Below are positions 34,998-47,095 of a stretch of DNA of 64,000 bases, piece by piece. The notes under the pieces are model-generated. The model ran no database searches. It worked only from the letters and a program-made list of their open reading frames with translations, and was not told the DNA's origin. The stretch comes from Gekko japonicus (taxonomy: Eukaryota), in assembly GCF_001447785.1 (NCBI RefSeq), contig NW_015163746.1, positions 1 through 64,000 on the forward strand. Reading direction: 5' to 3'. Every line of letters starts with the position of its first letter. The stretch's first letter is position 1. The translations under genes and the position numbers were made by a program.

Positions 34998-37900
34998 CCA
35001 AATCAAGCAGATATACATTACACATTACACATTACACATTCATTTTAACTAACATCAGCATAATAGTAAGAGAGAACCCTTAATTGGCATCCAACAGTTG
35101 CAAGTAGAGAAACCAATATGGCATCCAATGCAATCAAAATTATGTCATCCAATGTTCGAGGTTTAGGAAATGTAATTAAGCGAAAAAGAATTTTATCCCA
35201 GATTACTAAATCTCAAGCAGATGTGATACTGCTACAAGAGACCCACCTCAAAAAAGCAGCGACCCTTGTGTTCCAATCTTCTAAATTTATTACTCAATAT
35301 ATAGCCTCAGGAACATCCAAATCAAGTAGGGTGGCGATACTGATATCCAAAAATGTTACGTTTTCCTTTACTTCTAAACTTCGTGACCCTCAAGGTCGTT
35401 TTCTATTTGTCAAAGGGCTTCTAGACAATAAAATGACAACCATTGCAAATCTTTACGCGCCAAATGAGAACCAACTACCATTTATTAAGGAGACGCTGGA
35501 GAAGCTGGATCGCTTCTCTGATGGAGATGTGATCCTCGGGGGAGATTTTAATTTGGTTATTGACAGACACACAGACAAAACACACCAAACAACCCAACCC
35601 CCAACCAGGGGCAACAGACTCACAGGATTAGGTGCCACTTTTACCGACCATAGCCTAATTGACATCTGGAGGGAGCTAAATCCTGATGTAAAAGATTTCA
35701 CATTCTATTCTGGCAGACATGGTGTCTACTCTAGGATAGATCTCATACTAATATCACCATCATTGCAAAACAGAGTAGTTGATACCACAATCGAACCTTC
35801 ACACTGGTCAGATCACTCGTGGGTGTCTTGCCTTCTCACTCCAAACGATCAAACAGAGAGACAATCACAGTGGTCATTAAACACAACTTTATTAGCAGAC
35901 CCATTACTAAGCCAAACAATTGGAAAAGATATTGAACAGTATTTCAAGAATAATCCTCCTGATGCCACATCCCCTAGCATTCGTTGGGATGCCCTCAAAC
36001 CAGTTTTGAGGGGTAGATTGATATCTCAGGCTGCATACCTGAAAAAAGTAGACAAAAAATGGAATTAGAACTTGCAGAACAAATCAAATCACTAGAAACC
36101 AAGCACAAACAAACACAGAGCAAAAAAATCTACAAACAGCTGCAGGTAGCCAGGCGTAGCCTGGAACAAATTGAAACTGCGAAAATCAGGAAACAAATGA
36201 TTTTCACAAAACAGAAATATTGCTTTAGGTCCCCAAGATCCTTACACCTACTCTCAAAGAAAGTTAGAGCACAAACACTCTCTAACAGAATCCCCTCTAT
36301 TAAATCGCCACAAGGCAAGACTCATAATGAAACCAAACACATAGCAGAGATCTTTGAGCAATACTACAAAAAGTTATACTCCTCCACGGATCCTACCACA
36401 ACTGAAATTAATCGGTTCCTAACAGAACAAGGCAATCTCTCGTTCCTCAGTGATAAACATAGGGCACTTTTTGAGGAACCGATCACAGAAAAGGAAATAC
36501 TAGACACAATAGGGAATCTTAAAAACTCCAAAGCACCGGGCCCTGATGGGTTCCCCCCAGACTTCTATAAAAAATTCAAAATACAATTAGTGAAACCATT
36601 GACTGAAGCATGCAACAATATCATGCAAAACATGAGAATGCCCCCATCGTGGAGCGAGGCAAACACAGTTGTCATTCATAAAAAAGGGAGAGATCCCCTA
36701 CATCCGGCATCATACAGGCCGATCTCCCTCTTAAATCAGGACCTCAAAATCCTAACGGCAACGGTGGCCAAGAGACTTGGTATTATTATCACAGACTACA
36801 TAGATCAAGACCAGGTGGGGTTCATCCCAGGCAGGGACATCGCGGACAACACCATTAAGACCTTGTCCCTTTTCAATCACTGCCACAAAAATAAAATGAA
36901 AGCCATATTCCTTTCATTAGACATTGAAAAGGCCTTTGATTCCGTGGAGTTCAATTACCTTTTCTCAGTTTTGGAAAAAATGGGTTTCGGCCACAAGTTC
37001 ATCAACATGATAAGAACATTATACTTTAACCCAACAACCAAACTCAAAATAAATGGCACGATCTCGAATAGGATTCCACTGCTTAGAGGCACACGTCAGG
37101 GATGCCCCCTGTCCCCTCTGTTGTTCGCTCTCACCATAGAGCCATTGGCTAATGCAATTAGGAAACACCCAAACATTTCAGGCATCAAATTACAGACCAA
37201 AGAGCACAAACTGTCCCTATTTGCGGACGACATGATCCTTTATGTAACTAAGCCCGCAAACACTCTTCCCACCCTGCACGACCTACTTGGGAAATTTGGC
37301 AAAATTTCAGGCTTAAAAGTCAACGATAATAAGTCTCAGATACTGCCTTCTAACCTACCAGAGTCAGAGAAGTCCTGGATATGCACAGAATATAAATTCC
37401 AATGGGTAACCAAAGCCCTAACATACTTAGGCATTCATATTCCTCTAGCTCAAGAAGATTTAGTAACTCTAAACCACCACAAAATGTACACAGAACTACT
37501 CAATATGATTCACAAGTGGAACAAACTTAACATAAATTGGATAGAACGATTCAATCTAGTAAAATCGTTTATCCTGCCAAAGTTCATATTCCTATTTCGA
37601 ACGATCCTACAAACAATCCCACGGGCTCTTTGTAATAAATGGCAAAACACCCTGTCCCAATTTCTGTGGAACAGGAAAAAACCAAGAATCAGTTTGAACA
37701 TTCTTAGGAGACCGAGATCGCAGGGTGGCTTCGCATTCCCAGACTTGTCACTCTATAATAGAGCGATATTACTAGCAATCACAATCAAAATGCTCAGAAC
37801 TACTAAAAAACCGGATTGGGTAGGCATCTGTAAAGATATGCTGTACCCAAGATCTCTTGCAGACATAGTATGGGCGAACAAACCCATTCCCCAAACAATG

Positions 37901-39331
37901 AGAAACAAAATTGAGACTATATATCCAGCATTACATAGTTGGAAATCTCATACTAAAACTCTCCTACCTAAGACATCCAGATACGCCTCGTTTCACAACC
38001 AAGATTGGTTCCAGCCTGGTAATGATCCCAACTCATTAAAGCAATGGAAAACTAAAAATATAACCCGTCTACTAGACATATCTGATAAAAAAGGGATAAA
38101 AAGCAAGGCAACGCTGGAAAAGAACTTAGAACAAAACATCCCCTGGTTTCTCTACTTGCAAATGTCCCACCTCCTTACCTCAATAAACATCATCCATATA
38201 ATGCAACAACCACAAACCAAACTAGAATGCTTACTCAGAGATTCTGAAGTAACAAACAAGGGTCTGATTTCCAAATTATACTCACTACTAAACCAGGAAT
38301 CTTGTACAACTAAAATACGATACCAAGGCGCTTGGCAGGAGGACTGCTCACTAAACCTCACTGAAGAAATGTGGTCAAACTTTTGGAGGTCCACTAGCTT
38401 TTCAACCTCCTCTATAGCAATAAGGTGACAAAATTTCAAAATTATGACACGGTGGTACACAACCCCTAAGAAAATCTCGCACATACATGCCGAAGCTTCT
38501 CCAAAATGTTGGAAAGGCTGTGACCAGGTGGGGGATTATGCCCACTGCTGGTGGAGATGCAGCAAAATTAAGATGTTCTGGGATGAAATTTTAGGAACTA
38601 TAGAGGCCATCACACAGGTCAAAATACCTTGTACACCGGAAATCCTATTTTTAAATAGCTGGCCAAAAGACCTCGAGGGAAGGATTCACAAAGATACCAT
38701 TGACGCTATGCTAGATGCGGCTAAAACAACGATAGCCAACTCGTGGAAAGATCCCAAAAAACCGTCCATAGAGGTCTGGTACCGCAAACTCTGGAATCAC
38801 TATCTGATGGACGCAGTTACAGCAAAAGTTGACACAACAAATCAAAACACAAGACAGGAGCGGTTTGCTGGGAAGTGATACCCAATCATGCAGTACCTCT
38901 CAAAGCAACAATTCATCTCCTCTGAGTGGTCCCATTTTGCAGAATGGATTTGATTTACTTCATTATCATTTTTTGCAGTCTATTTTTCCCTGTGTATCTT
39001 TTTTCGTGTACGCATAATCTACACAGAAGAAGTATATCATACAAACTCTGTATTTGGACAACTGTTTTACTTATTGAATGTCGCTAAGTTAATGTTATAC
39101 AATGTTTACTGTTCTTATTCTACAAAAGGATTACAGCGGAATGCTTGTAGGTTACTCGACTGTTCTTATTCTATGAAAGGCTTACAGCGGACTGATTGTA
39201 GGTTACTCGAAAGGTTGAGTAACAATTGTTTACATATGTTATAAAATTTTTGAAGACATGCCTATCTGATGCAAATTGTTATGCTAACATGTTTTGATTG
39301 TTAATTGAAAAATAAAAACATTTAAATAAAA
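34998..39331 (+). mobile_element. L1-clade LINE with near-intact ORF2, lacking ORF1
   Basis: APE domain (NVRGL, LQETH, NLYAPN, GGDFN, SRIDL, SDH), RT (LDIEKAFD, QGCPLSP, FADD) and CWKGC..HCWWRC knuckle over 35118-38878. One frameshift near 36060 and one in-frame TGA at 38426-38428. 17-bp TSD AAGAA(A/G)GCCTCTGCCTC (34981-34997, 39332-39348). Confidence 0.95.
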
Positions 39332-39897
39332 AAGAAGGCCTCTGCCTCTATTAGGGATGTGCATTTGGTTCGGCTGAACCGAATTAGTGGATGAAAATTG
39401 GTGATTCGACACTTTTTCGGCCAGCTGAAAGAAAGCCGCTGAATCATTTAGCAGATTTTTGGCTGGCTGAAAAATGGCTGAGGAAAGGCAGGGAGGGGGA
39501 AAGTTAAAGTGCACTTACCCTCTTACTGTATTTCCTGCCAAAATTGGCCTTTTCCCACCTCTTCCTGGGTCCAGGGAGGAGGGGAGGGGGAGGAGGCCAG
39601 TTTCTGCCAATCTCTGCCATGCATTTGTAGCTTGCAAATGGATGTGCAGTCTTTGCAAGGTAGTTGTTGATTAGCACACCATCTTCCTTGCTTGGGAGGG
39701 GGGAGGGAGACTTTTGCAACTCGACCAATAGGGGTGAGTTGCATCCTCTTTGGGCCAATCACAGGACAGTGTCATTTTTTTGAAACTGTCCTGTGCTTGG
39801 CCCAAAGAGTATATAAGGAATCCTGCCTAGTGGTTAGACTCCATTGCTGTTCCTGCTTTCCTGGATGCCTATCTAACTCTGGATCATACACAGCATT

Positions 39898-41990
39898 GTA
39901 GTCCCCTATAATACAAATATCATCATATGTTAAGGTTACTAGTATTTCTTGAAGTTTTTTGAAGAAGTTATCTTAATTTTGATTTGGTGCGTATATGTTA
40001 ACAATTAGTGTCTTTTTATTTTGTATTGTTATCGTGATTGCCACAAATCATTGATATATATGTTAGTTCTGGGCAAAAATGTTCTTTAGCATATATGGCA
40101 ACACCTTTTTTCTTTTTTAAGTCAGATGAGGAAAAGACTCTGCCTGGTTTCTTTGAGGTTAGGTATTTTTCATCTTCTGTCTTGATGTGAGTCTCTTGTA
40201 GGCAAGATATATCTGGTTTAATTTTGTTTATTTGGTGGAAAATTCTTTTTCTTTTTTGTGGACTATTCAATCCATTAACAATGACCGAGAATATCTTTAA
40301 TTTACTACTTGCCTCCATTTCTGTTTATATTTTTCTTTGTCTTTGCTCTATATTGGTATCTTGTTAAAATTTGAGATGGGATAAAGCTCGGTCTTGTCTT
40401 TCCTTTAGATTTATTTTTCTTTTCCATTTTCCCCACTTTTGCATCATTGTTTTTCCCCCTCAAATTCACTAATTTCTTCTTCTTCTCCTTGCCACCCTAA
40501 GTTTTCACCATTTCTTTCTAAGAAGTCTTAAATTTTGAGTGTTGAATCGTTTTTTTGTCTTCTTCCTTGATAGTTAAATAAGATGCCATATGGGAAAAGC
40601 CATCTAAATATAATTTTATTTGTTTGTAGTAGTTTGGTTAATAACATATAACTCTGTCTATTTTTCCTAACTCTCCAGGGCACATCTTTTAGAATTCATA
40701 TTTCTTTATCTTGTGTTTCACTGAGGTTTCATTTGATGCTTTGAGAATTTTATCTCTCATATGTCTTTGGTTATATTTGATATGCACCTCCCTGGGCATT
40801 TTAAGTCTTCTTGTATATGATGTGTTTTTTCTATTGATTATATATATTTCTTCTTCTAGTTCTTCAGCAATTCCTATGTTTAATTGTTCTGTAAAATTCG
40901 GTATTATTTCTGTTCTCAAATTTTTGTCTATTGTTTCTGGTATATTTTGGCATCTTATAATCATTGATGCATTTTCCATTTCTAAAGAGATCAGTGTCTC
41001 CTCTATTCTATCTGTTTTTTGTTTTAGTTCTTGTACTTCTTGGTCTACTTCCTGTAATTTATCTTCTGTATTACTGTGTGCTGATGCAATTTTCATAATC
41101 TCTTGCTTATTTTCATTTATCTGTTTCTTTATGTCTTCAGTTTCTAATGTGATCTGTTGGGCTACCTGCTCAATTTTTTTTGTATCAGTTCCATTTCTTT
41201 TTAAATCATTTCTCTCATTGTGGTTTGGATAGGTTCTAACTCCTTCCTTAGTAAATCTGGTAATATTTCTTCCACTGTTGTTTTGATGGACTGAGCCATA
41301 CATTCCTGGATAAGTGCTTTCAGGTCTTTGATTGCCATTTGAGGTGCAATCATGGTGTTCAATTTGAGTTGTGTTTGCAAGCTTAGCTGTCCTGGTGATG
41401 GTAAGGATGATTTTCTTGTACCTGTGCCACCAGTAGCCATTTAGTTAAATTGCCAGTTATATTTCTATATTAATTATATAATTTTATCTTTGTCTTGGCT
41501 GTAATAGTGTAAATTTTGCTTTTGTTTATCCCTATTTTAGTTTCAAGAAAATGTTCTTTCACTTCTATTCCAGTATATACGGTAATGTTATCTCAATCTA
41601 ACTTGCTAGTTCTTTCCCCCTCTCCTTTTGTGTTTTGCTCTGTTATTCCTCTTTTCTCTTCTGTCATGTAGTAGCGCCTGTTTCCTTGTTCCTTTCCATG
41701 CCCTTTCTTTCAGCGTCCTTGGAACTCCGTGACTCTGCAGTTTTTTTATAGACTCTGTTGGTCCTGGAAGGTCATCTTGTGTTTGGCGTCTGGTCGAACG
41801 TTCCTTCTCAGTTTTCCACATAGACTCAGCTCCAGCTATTCCAGAAAGTTGCCATTCTTTCTTGGAAGATTTGGTAAGAGTCTTGCTTTGTTCTCTCCCT
41901 CCAAGAGAGAACCTCTAAGGGTGATGAAAAGTCCTTAAAAAACCAAAGGAAAGTGGTGGGTGCGAAGCAGTCACTCCCTGCATCCGTCCT
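39898..41990 (-). mobile_element. L1 5' part: 5' UTR, ORF1 (coiled coil and RRM) and start of endonuclease
   Basis: ORF1 fragments 41201-41440 and 40689-41303 (heptad-rich; IRCQNIPE, PREVHIKY). EN motifs VNGLNSPQKR, LQETH, NIYAPN and IIGDY. Confidence 0.88.
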
Positions 41991-41994
41991 TGAT

Positions 41995-42170
41995 GAGCCA
42001 GATAAAATAGCTAAGTGTTACACGAATGCCTCAAAAAACTGCTGGAAATGTTACCATATATGGTGGAGGTGTAGTATAACACAAAACTACTGGCACACAA
42101 TACATAAAGCTATATGTGAAATTCTGGATATAGACTTACCTTACTTACCACAAATTTATTTGTTAAAGAC
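41995..42170 (+). mobile_element. L1 ORF2 C-terminal fragment
   Basis: PDKIAKCY...CWKC YHIWWRC..QNYW. Confidence 0.75.
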
Positions 42171-42269
42171 TTCGGTTTATGGCGACACCCTGGCGGACGC
42201 ATCTCCCAGATCTCCCAGGGATCCAGCAAACAAGCACCTCCCAACAGTTCAGTTACCCCCCAAGCACCA

Positions 42270-42670
42270 GAGCATCACTTGCCCGAGTAACCAACAGTTC
42301 CTATCTATAGCTACTAGCCAGCCACTGATGGACCACTGCTCTGCTCCAGCCTCCATATGTTTGTCCCATTCACTCTTGAAGCTGTTCATGCTTGTAGCAA
42401 GCCACCACCACCTCCTGTGGCAGTGAATCCCATGTGTTAATCACTCTTTGGGTGAAGTACTTCCTTTGATCTGTTATTCTAAGCCTACTGCTCAGCAATT
42501 TCATTGAGTGCTTGCCCACGAGTTCTTGTATTGTGAGAAAGGGAGAAAAGTACTTCTTTCTCTACCTGCTCTATCCCATGCATAATCTTGTAAACCTTGA
42601 TCATGTCACCCCTCTTCTCCAAGTTTCTTCTCCAAGCTAAAAGCCCCAAGCACCTTAACTTTTTTCAATG
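42270..42670 (-). mobile_element. CR1 3' fragment
   Basis: Resembles the reverse CR1 3' region at 11400-11500 and 12210-12430. Confidence 0.65.
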
Positions 42671-44265
42671 CTATAAATATCCTTTCTGAGTGACCAGTCA
42701 TCTAATGAGGTTGCACCATCAATGTATACAGGGCAGGGCCTGTATAAATGTTGGTCCTGTTAGTGTTGTTGAGTTTCTGTGTGGCACTGTGGCACGCTTG
42801 CACTGCCACAGTGCCACTTGTTCTGGAGTGTGCCACTTCTTCTCCCAGCAAACAAGCACCTCTCAACAGTTCAGTTTCCCTGAGATTCTCTGGGAGAGTC
42901 TGACTGCTGGGTGCCTGTCTGCTTGCCTGCCTTGCTGTCTGCTGGCTGGGTTAGGTTTCCCTATTGGAAACAATGCTGGGTTAGGTTTCCCCATTGGAAA
43001 CAATGGAGGGAATGGGGACAACCTGTTTGGGTGCCCATAGCACTGGACACACTGGTCCAATATCTTTGGAACTGGGGTTTTATGTGGGGAGAGGCTCCAT
43101 AAGCTACCCTGCAAATTTGGAGCCTCTCCCTCCAACCCCCTCTCCCCCAGCCCACTAACAGGACTGTGGGAAAATTTGACATATTTTTCCCACTATAGAG
43201 AACAACTGAGGGGATGGGGGCAACCTGTTTGGTGGCCTGTAGAATTAGACCCCCTGGTCAAAACTTTTTTAGTTTGGTGGTTCTTTTGGGGAGAGGCTCC
43301 ATAAGCTACCCTGCAAATTTGGAGCCTCTCCCTCAAACCCCTTCCCCCCAGCCCCCAGAATATACCCTATGAGTTTTCGCCATTTACTTCAATGGTCCAT
43401 AGGGTATAATGGGGCCGAAAGTCATTCGGCCAGCCGAATGACTCCCAAGTCAGCTTCCATTGCCAAAAGTGGGATTCAGGAAACAATTCAGCCAAATCAG
43501 CCGAATCTGAATAGGGACGAAATTTTTTTGGTGCACATCCCAAGCCTCTATGCCCTATTGTTAGACCTCCAGAGGAAATGGCTGGCCAGTGACCACTGTG
43601 TGAGATAGGATGCTGGACTTGATGGACTACTGGTCTGATCCAGCAGGGCTCCTCTTATGTTCTTATGTCCAAATAATCAAGTGCTAGATTGGACTTGAGA
43701 TATCATTGGGCCTTTTCCCAGAGCATTACATCTCCAATGTAATATTGGCTGTGATATACCTCACAGCAGTGATATGAGAATACATGTAAAGTTTCCTCAG
43801 GAAAAAAAATTCTCAAAGTAAACCACTGTTTTAATTAGGTAGTTGTAGTCTACATGTATGTTTGGGTAATTGGTGGACCATGGGCATGTATTTTATTTAT
43901 TAACTTTAACTAATTAGTTAAATTTATTAACAAATTAAAATAGTTATACCTCATCTTTGTTCTTGGGTCAAGACAGCCCCTCACTCCTATAAATATGTTC
44001 GGGAGAGAGAATCTGTTTTGTCAATGACAGTGTCATCTAAGTTCAGCCTAGTGAAGAGACACTAGTTTGGGAAGGGAGATGGAGGGAAAAAAAAGACACC
44101 TCTGGATGTTCCTACTCTTTAATCATTGGTGATGACAGCCACCTACCATGGGATCATGAAAACTCATCTACTATTAGGATCAAATAAGCTTTCTACAACT
44201 GAATTGCAATTATACCTTAAGGCTGATAATGTTTATAATCCAAGGTGAAGAATTTTCATTCTTAC

Positions 44266-45541
44266 CTTAAATCAGGAGCAGGTTGCGGATAACTTTTCTT
44301 TTGACAGTGTGGATAAAGAAATGCAAGTTTGCTCCAGAACCATAACCCAATATTAGGTAGTTTCCTGTACTTCAGAAGTTGATTGTTTCTGGTTATCAAC
44401 AATGACAAAATAATAGAGTCATATAAATATGTCTTCGCCTTGTGTCTCCCCCTCTGTCTCTCCAAACACCAATATTCCCAGGGCTCCTTTTTTCAACTGT
44501 TACAGAAGTTTTTAAAACTGAAAATAGTCCATGACAGCCATCTTTCTCACTGACATAGGGGTCTACCAGTCTCACTGTCCACCAGAATTTTTATATGACA
44601 GAGCTCCAGTAATTGAAGATATAATAAATACAGGATCCATTCATCCTGACAAATTAATTTTAAATTGTTATTTGTAACATCCTTTCCTTGTATTTATATG
44701 AATCTGAAAAGGAGGCTTTCCTCTAAGAAGGTAATTAATTTCTGAGACACACAGTGGAGACTGTGTTTAACTTGAAAAGAAAACCTTTGCAAAGCTCCAA
44801 AGCTCACAGCCTTACTTAAAGGAGCCATTTCTTTCAGCAGTGAGTACAATTCATATTTGTCTAGTCTGAAAATACTAACTTTGTATTCACTATTCCTGAA
44901 TATGTTCTTTCCTCTCTGAGAATAATGCAATCTTATTCCCCAGTACAGACATTTCTCTTTCTCCATTCTTTTTGGTGCCAGTAGTGACTTCTGATCTGGA
45001 GTTTTGAATGTCACAGTTATTGATGAGGAAATGAAATGCAGAAGTCTTTCTCTGAAAGACACCAATAGCAATTGTGATGCAATCATGTGGGTAACTCTAG
45101 AAGTATGATATTATCCAGTCAGATCGGATGATCTACAGAAGTACTAATAATGTTGTCCATATAAACACATGGAATTTCATGTGAAAGCCGGAAAACATCT
45201 ATGGATTTGAAAAAAGGAAGAACTAAATGCTCTGCTAATCCAGGTTTACTGAATACAAAGTGCCTGTGGCAGTAGTCAATAAAAAGGAACTTGAAGGAAA
45301 GCTGTCTACTGCTCTGTTGTCCTCGTATCCCATCAATATCCACTATGCTGACATCTGACTTCTTCTGGGTATTGAATCATAATTACTCTTCATTCAAGCC
45401 ATTATGTATCTGTGACAGGAGCTGAGCCTCTCAAATTCTTTGATTTACTTCAATAAAAGCCCCAAATTACTGCCAGTGCTGTCTACATAATCCTATCAGG
45501 AATAAATGCCTCAACTGCGATAAGGAGCAAACTTGGGGCAT
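44266..45541 (-). pseudogene. iGluR-like exon remnant 1: leader, amino-terminal domain and start of S1
   Basis: About 1.28 kb of non-repetitive DNA with long broken frames (ORFs 45467-45685 and 45119-45343 share a frame; 44694-45086 is shifted). Segments read *FGAFIEV, HEIPCVY, NIGVW, WVMVLEQ and NLLLI (cf. IGAV, RIPVLG, KVGKW, RVVTLxE, GFCIDLL). Ends at a strong donor AAG|gtaaga. Confidence 0.5.
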
Positions 45542-45989
45542 AGATGTGGATGGGAGAGTAATAGAACTGCCTGCAATACAATGGATTATTATTATTTTAA
45601 TAAAAATGGATTTTCCCCATCTCTCACACTCAAAACACACCATTCCCCTGAAAATTCTGAAGTACCCAATCAATAAGAATTTCATTTTGCCCTATAATTT
45701 TTCATAAACACCCAGGAAGTGTCTATCTGACATAATCCAGTTATGGAATGCTCAAACCCAGGTGAGACTCAACTTAAATTCTACCTAATCGCTCATCTGC
45801 CCCATGACCCACAACTTCTCAGTTTTTTATTTAGTGACTCTGTGCTCTACAGTGGGAGGGCTTCTAATGTCCTGGCCCCACCAGTGGACCTCCTGATGGC
45901 ACTGGTATTTCTGGCCACTGTGTGACACAGAGTGTTGGACTGGATGGGCTTTTGGTCTGATCCAACATTGGCATCTCTTATGTTCTTAT

Positions 45990-46745
45990 GAAGCCCTTTG
46001 CCAGGGAGGTAGGGTGGCAGAGGGCCCCGATCAGGCTGTGCAGTTCCTCCCCCAATAGCTCTTTAAATGAAACACAGCAGTGGGGCTCTTCAAAGGTCTC
46101 TTGCCGCCAGTGCCATGGGGAGGTCTTGGGGGGAAAGCCGTTTGCCAGGGAGGGAGGCTGGGAGAGGGCCCTAGCCGGGCTGCATTGTTCCTCCTGCCCC
46201 ACATGGTTCTTTAATGGTAACTGTCAGCTAGGCCCCTGCCTGGCTGTCAGGTAGATGGGGGGGAATGCTTTGGAATGATGAGTTTCATTTCTGCTGTGCC
46301 TACACTGTTTTTATTATCTGTCTTCTGCACTATATGACCTTGAGTGCCTGGTGTAGTCTTTCTCCTGGGAAATGTTACCCGTTACTTTGGCGGACTTCTG
46401 CTGACTACCTGATTGGCTGAAGGGCATCAGGGGACCCCTTTGAGTTATATCTAATTGCTTCGCGTGCTTTCTCTTTAGTTCTAACATGAAATAGTTATGA
46501 TACCTGTAGCATTACTATCTCAATAAACTTCACTTCTCTGAATGAACGTTGTTGGGAACTCATTGCCTCAGGAGTCTGACAGTAACACAGTGACCAGGCT
46601 CTTCAAGGGCCTTTCACCGCCAGTACAGGGGGGCTGGGGGGAAGCCCTTTGCCAGGGAGGGAGGGAGGGAGACTGGGACAGGGCCCCAGCCAGGCTGCAT
46701 TGTTCCCCTCCCCCACATGGTTCTTTAATGGAAACACGGCGGTGT
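45990..46745 (+). repeat. Three diverged copies of an about 140-bp GC-rich unit, interrupted by a solo LTR
   Basis: aagcc(c/g)tttgccagggag...cattgttcc...catggttctttaatgg recurs near 45991, 46134 and 46642. Confidence 0.65.
46222..46581 (+). mobile_element. Solo LTR
   Basis: TGTCAG...CTGACA termini, 5-bp TSD GTAAC (46217-46221, 46582-46586), AATAAA at 46522. Confidence 0.85.
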
Positions 46746-46959
46746 TTCTCCCCCACCAGCAAGCCCCGTCTGCTGTGATTTTATCCCCGTCTTCTCAGCC
46801 TTCCCTCCTCACAGATAAAAAGTTCCTTCATGCCCTCCCATTCCTTTTCTCTCACTCTCTCCTCTTTCTTTCAACTCCTCTCTCTTTCTTTCCACCCCCT
46901 CTCTTTCCTTCCGTCTTTCCCCCTCTCTTTCTTTTTTATGTTGTTCTCCATTCCTACAT

Positions 46960-47095
46960 TTTTTAAATAAAACCCCATGAGGTAGGTTAGGCTGAGTGTG
47001 TGCGACTGGCCAAAGGTCACCCAGCAAGCTTTTGTGGTAGAGTAGGGAATCAAACCTGGGTCTCCCAGAACCTAATCCAGTGTTTTGACCCCAGT
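46960..47095 (-). mobile_element. tRNA-derived squamate SINE fragment
   Basis: gaggtaggttaggctgag...ggccaaaggtcacccagcaagct...gggaatcaaacctgggtctcc. Confidence 0.65.

Larger units (their letters stand above)
39352..43543. mobile_element. TAGGGATGTGCA-type hAT-like element with nested LINEs
   Basis: TIR TAGGGATGTGCA/TGCACATCCCAA and perfect 8-bp TSD GCCTCTAT (39344-39351, 43544-43551). Confidence 0.85.
9412..45541 (-). pseudogene. Decayed multi-exon pseudogene of an ionotropic glutamate receptor-like (NMDA/GluN1-GluN3-like) subunit
   Basis: Seven to eight collinear minus-strand exon remnants, most with splice signals, encode ATD/S1/M1/M2/M3/S2/M4 motifs in the right order. Many stops and frameshifts. 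Summed length is roughly 800 codons, typical of an iGluR. The outer limits (putative ATG 45541, stop 9412) are tentative. Confidence 0.68.

Noticed and set aside
35118-38878. Longest ORFs as a host gene
   Set aside because: They are L1 ORF2 (APE, RT, CCHC) with a TSD and A-rich tail.
9412-45541. Functional receptor gene with assembly errors
   Set aside because: Nearly every exon has stops or frameshifts, while the nearby L1 ORF2 is almost clean, so sequencing error is an unlikely explanation.
45990-46745. CRISPR-like repeat-spacer array
   Set aside because: Eukaryotic context; long diverged tandem units with no unique spacers or cas genes.
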